A stretch of 60,801 nucleotides of DNA, the filler included, from Dugesia japonica (taxonomy: Eukaryota), in the NCBI GenBank assembly GCA_001938525.1. It is 6 parts of 6 records of this genome, joined end to end, with 100 filler letters (N's around TTAATTAATTAA, not from the genome) between each part and the next. Parts side by side here need not be neighbours in the genome. Positions count along the whole stretch, not along the records: positions 52,469 to 60,801 come from MQRL01623017.1; 5 more parts are not named here. One strand, 5' to 3'. The notes under the pieces are model-generated. The model ran no database searches and was not told where the DNA came from. It saw only the letters and a program-made list of their open reading frames with translations. Shown here piece after piece: positions 53,152 through 60,801 of the stretch. The translations under genes and the position numbers were made by a program. Position 1 is the stretch's first letter; the number at the start of each line of letters is the position of its first letter.

Positions 53152-56100
53152 TGTGATATATTTAAATTATGATAATATTTAAATATATCTATATTCAAAT
53201 TATTGAATATTTAAAATTAAATATTCAAATGTTAAAATGAATTTGATTTGTTTTAATATTGCTATTTTATGAAATATAATTTTAACTTGTTAAATATCTT
53301 ATTATTTAATATCTACATTAATATAACATGGCGTCAAATGAGCAGAAACCTTTCCTGCAGAAATATAAAGATTAAAGTTTAAAGAAAAGGAAGCTAAATT
53401 GTTCAAGTTCAATGTTCGAGAACATCTCAAAAACGTCAAAGAATTTATTCGATGCTTGTAGCATCACCGCAGAAGAGAGAATTACTATATTTAGTAAATA
53501 TTTTGACGACAACTTGATGAAGGAAATAAAATGTGGTCCAATCTTTGATAGTACGAAGATAGATATCGATTTCTTGAAAAACCTCTTATCAATTTACTGG
53601 ATGTTAAACCATCAAAAATTAACCAAGCTATGCCAATATTTGAATTAATGCAGTATCGAGGAGAAATAATTACGGATTTGCTAAGTGTATTCGTATGGAG
53701 AGCAGTGTTTTATCTGACAAGAAAGAGGATATCATGGTAAAAGCCTTTTATAATGGCTTGGGACAGAAAATTGGCAAATACACTAAAACTATTCAAACCA
53801 AAATTTACTGAACTAATTAAAACGTTTAAGTATGCCAATTTTATCGAAGAAAATAAAGCATGGCCAAGACAAACACTTCAAAAAAATATGAACCAACACT
53901 AAGAAGTTTGCAAGAAAAAGCAAGAAATAAGCTAATTGTTGAATAACAGGTTGCGGGGTTACCAGTAAAAACTATGTTAGACACGGGCGTGGATTTGAAT
54001 GTTATAAGCCAGAAATTAGCCAAGCGTATTTGTAAAAAGAACTCTGCTGAAAGAACTTTTAAATCTGACAAAAGTAACATGCGCAAACGGTACAACAGAA
54101 GAATGTTTGGGGAAGATACAATTGGATCTGTAATTACAGCATACGTGTTTGATATTATGCAAAATATATATTTGACATCTATATATTGGATTAAGAAGCA
54201 TGAAGAAATAAGAAATAATGGTGGATGCAGCAAATGATGGAATAATAATACAGAATGTTAAGATTCCATTTATTTCAAAAACAGTTCTACTTGTGTCAAT
54301 AAAAAACTAACACCGATCATGTTAATGAGTTGTAATACGGGATTCAGAAAAACACAGACTCATGAGATTTATAATGATAATCAATTGGATATNNNNNNNN
54401 NNNNNNNNNNNNNNNNNNNNNNNNNNNNNNNNNNNNNNNNNNTGAAAACGTAGATTTAAGTGAAATTGAGGAATATTTTATCAAAGGCATAATAATGGAC
54501 CACTCAGATCAGAAAATTAGTTTTGACACGAGTAACGAATGGATTTTCATTGGAGATAAAGAGAAAATGGCCGTGCGAAAACTTTTAGCAACAGATGTGA
54601 TTACAATCAATAATAATGGATACATGTGGATAAGAATATATATGTTAGAAGGCGGATGTAAAACTCTACACACCGGAATTACACTGGGATATGTAGAAGA
54701 GTTTAAAAAGTGAAAAATAGTAAAGAAAGTATCACTTAAACAACTGTCCTCTGAAAAACAAAGAACAGAGGAAGAAATTACAGACAATATACTGCAGAAA
54801 ATTTAAAATGATATGGAAGTTTCAGACAACTACTACGTTGTGGTCAAAAATTAGACATCCTTGAAAGGAATAAAGATGTATTTAGTCGATATAAAAGAGA
54901 TGTGGGTAAAACTGATTTGATTGAACATAAAATAGAAACAACCGATAGCAGACCAATTGTTTTCAAGACACGAAGAATACCAAAATGATTCTCGAAGACG
55001 AATTAGAACATATGGTAAAAGATTTGATAGATGCTGGTCTATACTTCTCCATGGAACTTTCCAATTGTAGTGATGAAAAAGAAAAACGGTGATTACTGTA
55101 TGTGTGTTGACAACAGGGCTCTGAATGCTAAAACAAACTGACCAATTTTTCCAATACCATCATCAGAGGAAGTATCTGACAGTATTGCTGGAGCTTACTA
55201 TTTTTCAACTATAGACCTTTCAATTGGATATCACCAAGTGCCGATAGCTAAAAAAAGATCAGGAAAAAACAGCACTCAGCACAAAGTTTGGGCAATAGGA
55301 ATTTACCAGAATGCCATTTGGATTATGCTCAGCACCAACGACATTTCAGCGGTTTATGAATATTGTATTGCGAAATGAAAATTTGAAAAAGTGCGTAATA
55401 TATTTATACGATGTTTTAATATTCGGTAAAACTGTAGAAGAGCCCAATGAAAGACTGGATCAAATACTGAGAAGAATAAGAGATGGACTTAAATTAGCAC
55501 CAAATAAATGTAAATTTTTACATGAAAAAATACAATATCTCGGACATACAATAACTAAAAATGGAATCGCAACAGATCCTGATAAGATAATGTTCATGTA
55601 TGGATAAAACATAAGAGAAAAGCTATCAAAATGTAAACAGTGTAATGCGCATAAATATATTAATGGAAAAATTAAAGCACCATTACAGAATATATCCAAA
55701 AATGAACCATTTCACAGTATTGCAATAGATATTAAAGGACTATTTAAACCAACGCAAAATGGTTATAAATCTATTCTTGGAGTTGTGGATTATTTTTCAA
55801 AGTTTATGTGTTTAATTCCATTACGAAAAGTAACAACTGAAGATATATGTGAAGCTCTTTGGATACATTGGATATCCAAGTTTGGAATACCTAGTCGAAT
55901 TTACTCAGATTGTGGTAATAACTTTAGTTCAGGTGCATTTCAAAAACATTGCAAGCAATTGGGAATTGTGCAAAACATTTTCATCTTGATATTACCGTCA
56001 AGGAAACGGATTAGTAGAAAGATTATTTAGAACCGCAAAACCTATAATTACTGTAGTACTAAAAGACAGGCGAATTCAAGATTGGAGTACGGTGCTACGA

Positions 56101-56857
56101 ATAATAGAATATGGATTATGAACAATAACACAAAATACGACTAAGTACACTCCGTATGAAATAGTGTTTGGGAGGATACCTAGAATCGATATCTGGAATG
56201 CTGATAGGAGGGAAACAAACATCACGAAGAATTCTGATCAATATGTAGAACAATTAAAGAGAAATATTATGAATATTCATGGCCTTGTAAGAAAGATTAT
56301 TGAAGAACATAATGAAGTTACATCAGCTAAATATGAAAAATATCGGCGGAGAGAGGAACTTAAAATTGATGATAAAGTTCTGATAAAAAACAATGCACAT
56401 GATGGTTTTAAAAGGCGATATATTGGACCATTTAAAGTAATAAAGAAAATTAATGAATGGACTTACATTTTGCTTGATGAAAATAGAAGTACTTTAATTC
56501 AACGAAATTACACTAAAATCAAAAGAATACCAAGAGATGAACTTTCCTACAAGTCGTGGAGCACACAAATATCAATAAGAAGTAAACAGAAAACAGCCTT
56601 ACCAGTACAACCTGATCGACAAATTAAGAGCGATATCAGAAGACATTTTCCAGAAAGAATGACAAGTAATCCGAATTCTCAATATCGATAAAGCAAAGGG
56701 AGGAATGTTATATATTTAAATTATAGTAATATTTAAATGTCTAAAGTCAAATTATTGAATATTTAATTTTAAATATTAAAATGAATTTGATTTGTTTTAA
56801 TATTGCTTTTTATGAAATATAATTTTAACTTGTTAAATATCTTATTATTAAATATCT
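53152..56857 (+). mobile_element. Gypsy LTR retrotransposon, decayed; LTRs 53152-53328 and 56706-~56857
   Basis: The 5' LTR is TG..CA followed by PBS-like TGGCG at 53329, and a PPT AAAGGGAGGAA precedes the 3' LTR. Coding motifs: protease LDTGVDLNVIS; RT SPWNFPIVVMKKKNG..MCVD, MPFGLCSAPTTFQ, YLYDVLI; integrase CKQC, IAIDIKG, VDYFSK, IYSDCG, GPF. Confidence 0.92.
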
Positions 56858-58425
56858 TATCACCCACTAAAATCCAACACTTACTCACAAATCTATACCG
56901 TTCCTCTAACAATTGTTATATTAAATAATTTTAAAACAAATCAAATTTCACAATAAATTAATTAAGTTCATTTAAAAACTTTTGCATAGGCATATTAAAA
57001 TATAATAGGTATACATGAACATGTCTGGATTTTAATGCAGCGTTGTGTAAAAATATCAAGGCAATCGGTGTAAAACTTTCGGAGTTTATCGATTTTGAAC
57101 AAACGAACATTTACATTTTTATTAATATAGATTTATTTTTAAATTTATTTATAATCATTTTATATTTAAAATTCTTTTTTTTAATATAAACTTAATTTTT
57201 TAAGATTTTTTAGGAACGTTAATAAATAAAAAATATCCACAAGNGTTGTGAATTTAATAAAACTTTTCAATTAATCAATTTTGACTCATTTGAGAGATAT
57301 TAATTAGAGAATTTAGTTATCATTCATAAATTATATAAAATGATTATAGCTTTTCTTTTAAAATACATATTTTCCATGATAAAAATTTGTTTTACGAAAA
57401 TTCATGGTTGATTTGAAAATTCTATCAATTTTTTTTAAAACATTTTAAATAAATAATGAAGAAAGAAATTTATAATATTTATCAAATTTTTTATTAGTTA
57501 GAATAATTTCCAAAGTTTAATTTATGATTTTATACAAAAATTTGTGCAATTTATTAATAATAAAACCTGATATTTTCCTTGTAAAATGCTTATAACTTTA
57601 AAATATTTATTTTATTTACATATCTTTACNTTTTTTTGAAATATTATCTCTTGAGTTTTAATTATATATTTTTATTTTATAAAAATTTATTCTGAGGTGA
57701 GAGCGGCACTAAATTTATTAATTTTTTTTAATGTTCAATCTGAACATGTGATTAATTAGAGTAAAAATCTAAAAAAAAGAGGAGTAAAATTTAATCTTCA
57801 TACAATGAAGCGTTAGTATTTATTTGTTGTATTCTTTTAGTAAATACAACATTGTATTAATTATATTAATTTTTAATAATTACTACCTTAGAATGAATAA
57901 CATTTTTCCAATGATAATTTTGTAAGCATGAAATCCTTCATAAATTATAAAATTAATTATTAATTAAAATTTCGTTATTTTGCTTTGAAACGTTTTGTTA
58001 AATATTTTGAAAATATAAATATTATTATTTTAATATAATTATTTTTAAAATCATAAAATCTGAATATAAAATAAGGTAGATTTAGTACTACTTAATTAAA
58101 AATATCAATTGTAAAAGGTAGACATAAATTTAATAAATAATAATTTGATGACTGATACATGAATAGCATTTATTTTTTTATTATCAATTTAATTGAGTAT
58201 AGAATATTGTAATTTAAATATAATTTCGTTCACATATAATTTATCAGCAAAATATCAAAAATAAAATTTTAATCAATGACACAATCAGATTTGTGATTTT
58301 AGTAGAAATTATTAATATCGCATTTTTGTTTTTGATTGAAAATACAAATTTAAAAATTAAAATTTAGATGAAATTTTTACAATTATATTTTTAATCAAAA
58401 AAATGTGATATTAAAAATATTTGTA

Positions 58426-58625
58426 GTAGAAATTATTATTATAATATTTGTTTTATTATTTATTAAATTATTATTTTAGTAGAAATTATTATTATTTTTT
58501 TATTTATTAAATTATTATTTTAGTAGAAATTATTATTATTTTTTTATTTATTAAATTATTATTTTTGTAGAAATTATTATTATTTTTTTATTTATTAAAT
58601 TATTATTTTAGTAGAAATTATTAAT
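58426..58625. repeat. 44-bp AT-rich tandem repeat
   Basis: GTAGAAATTATT recurs at 58479, 58523, 58567 and 58611 (period 44), with a longer unit from 58426. Confidence 0.9.
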
Positions 58626-59099
58626 ATCGCATTATGGTTTTTGATTGAAAATATCATTTTAAAAATTTTAAAAAAACTAAATTTTTTCCTTCTCATTTTT
58701 ATATATGTAAAAATTTGGGTGAAAAATAAAATTGTTTTTCTTATTTTCTATCCGAGAACTCCTTGTAAACTTTCATTGTTTTATTTAAGAGGAAAAAAAT
58801 CTGCCAAATAATAAATAATGACATTTTATTGATTTGTTTTCAAAATAATTTTGTAATTAAAATTCAGTTGAAAATTAATTGGTGGTAAAAGGTGATATCA
58901 GTTTCTTTGGATTTAATCAAAATCTTGTGGTGGTGGTCTTTAATCAGGAACTCCTAAAAATATAATATTAAATTAGATAACTATTTCAAATAAATAAAAT
59001 TAATTTNAAATCAATTGATATTATTAATTATATATTATAAAAGACATATTATAAATAATCAACAGTAAAGAAATAATATAATATTTACTTAGAAATTTT

Positions 59100-59708
59100 T
59101 TTAAAAACAAATTTAATTTGCTCTAGCGGAAATCCCATGTCTTTGATTAAAACAATTCTTTAAAGGGCGGTTAAATTTACAGATGTCCAAAGAAATGCAC
59201 AAGAAAATCGATTTGAAAAATAGTTACTTTGAGAAATCAAACTTGTCTTTATCAGAATTGATTCAGATGGCATACTGGTTATTATTATTATCAATTTCAG
59301 TTAAATAAATTCAAATTGTGTTAGGATACGTCAATTAAACTATGACGGATTGGTCGAATCTATTCTCAGAGATTTATTTAAAATCCTTATAGAGTCTTAC
59401 AGAGAATGAATTACAAATAGGGAGCTCCGGTATTGCTGTTGAAATTGATGAAATAATTAATTTCAAAAAAAACTAAATACAACCGGGACAAAAGATACAG
59501 AGACATTTGGATTTTCGGTGGTATTGTAAGATATAGCAAAAATTGGTTTGCTCAGGTTATTGAAAAAAGAGACATGAATTTTTAAATGATTTAATTAAAA
59601 AATATAAGACGTGGAACTACCATTTTTTCAGATATGCGAACGACTTACTACACCGAACCATGGTATCTTAACTGTATTCCAAATTGTAATTATCAACATT
59701 TTGCTGTT
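59100..59708 (+). mobile_element. Merlin (IS1595-like) transposase pseudogene, truncated by an insertion
   Basis: YRCPKKCTRKSI*KNSYFEKSNLSL, TDWSNLFSEI, QIGSSGIAVEIDE, TKYNRDKR..WIFGGIVR, GTTIFSD and YQHFAV, breaking just before the expected NH. Confidence 0.88.
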
Positions 59709-60801
59709 AGTAGGGACATAGTGGCGCACAACACCAAACCCCTCCCCTTGGGGGTGGGGTGGTTAGAAAAAGTTTTGGTGCAGAACTTCATTGGTTGAAA
59801 ATTATTTCCGTCACTTTAAAATTTTTTTATTTTAAAATTTTTTATTATTATATATTTTTTATTTTTATTTAAATTTTTTAGAATAATTATATGAGTATCN
59901 NNNNNNNNNNNNNNNNNNNNNNNNNNTGGCCCTAATGAGTACCTATATACGTGTTCACAAGCGTTTTTAATTGACTTCATAATTCTTTTCGTTCTTTAAA
60001 TTAACTAATGATCCACGCGGACTAAATCTCTTTATACTTTTTACTGTTTCCCTTATTTCCATAGAAAATGAATAATTTATATCAATATATTCAACCATGT
60101 CATCTATTATTTTAACTAAATTCAGTTTTATAATGCGTACATATCCAGTTTGTTTATAATTGTTTCGTTTATACTTTCTTTGTTATTTTTGCACATGTAA
60201 TACCTTTGTATTGCAATAGAACTACAATAATAATTTTAGAAACAAATCTTTTAAAATTTAAATTACAAACTAAATAAATAATCAAGTAATTACTTAAAAT
60301 AAAATGAATTTCTAAAAACAAGATTTATTGAATAAAATGTTTTCTTTTTACAATGTCTNAATTTATTTTTCAAGTTTCTTTTGAGATCACTAAATAAAAA
60401 TATATTAATACACTTCTAATACAATAATATTTATTTACCAATATTATTGAGTTTCGATTGAACTGGATTGAGTTGGATGGATTTTCTCTAGTAATTTATG
60501 AGAAAAAAGTACTACTTATCTAGTGTGTGATGACCATATGGTACACTAATATTATTCTCTACCNATACTCTTTTATCGTCGATATTTGATAATGCCACTT
60601 TCTGACTCTTTATACTGTAAAGTTGGTGATTTTTGGATATTGTTCTACTGAAACCTTTTTGTCCTGGTTGTAACAGTCGAGATATGATTGATGATTGATT
60701 TCTGTATTTTTTAATGTTATGCCTTTAGCCTTCATTGAAGCCTTATCACTAAGAAGACTATAACATTTCGGTCTCAAAAATATCCACTCACGATATTTCG
60801 T
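59709..60801. mobile_element. Maverick/Polinton left end, continuing beyond the window
   Basis: Begins AGTAG, followed by a GC-rich segment and an ATTGG box, exactly where Merlin homology stops. A pPolB C-terminus lies about 0.8 kb inside. Confidence 0.7.
60512..60801 (-). pseudogene. Maverick protein-primed DNA polymerase B, C-terminal fragment (one frameshift)
   Basis: EWIFLRPKCYSLL...MKAKGIT....INHQSYLDC....VEQ/SKNHQLYSIKSQKVALSNIDDKR..VENNISVPYGH matches the Maverick pPolB end LRPK.YS..KAKG..K.ALS..DDKR..PYGH. Confidence 0.88.

Noticed and set aside
57000-57131. Helitron/Helentron-like 3' end (..AAACGAACATTTACATTTTTATTAATATAGAT)
   Set aside because: Resemblance only, with no matching 5' end or second copy in the window.
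58426-58625. CRISPR-like array (also the 1150-1850 repeats)
   Set aside because: There are no unique spacers or cas genes and the context is eukaryotic; these are ordinary minisatellites.

Overview
Very AT-rich, gap-ridden draft assembly of a metazoan genome. The 43-52 nt introns and transposon spectrum are compatible with a planarian-type flatworm, but the sequence does not prove this. Five N44-TTAATTAATTAA-N44 scaffolding linkers mean long-range adjacency is not guaranteed. Two host genes are visible. (1) Eight phase-consistent + strand exons (16668-23099) encode about 474 aa of a divergent HERC1-like E3 ligase, covering the SPRY domain and downstream region. (2) An intact two-exon minus-strand gene (52046-48989) encodes a 1001-aa alpha-tubulin: a divergent ~444-aa tubulin core fused to a ~557-aa disordered tail carrying SxIP (SKIP) and LPPPP motifs. 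This is the most striking item. Most of the remainder is decayed transposons: four mariners, a Tc1-like element, a pogo/Tigger relic, a hAT (Charlie/Buster) element with a perfect 8-bp TSD, Merlin, Penelope fragments (one with a minimal hammerhead ribozyme), a LINE RT and two Gypsy elements. Maverick/Polinton pieces include a pPolB C-terminus, a major capsid fragment and putative termini. A TATA-binding-protein-like reading frame missed by the ORF track lies about 1 kb from the Maverick capsid fragment. All family assignments are by-eye motif recognition; no database searches were run.
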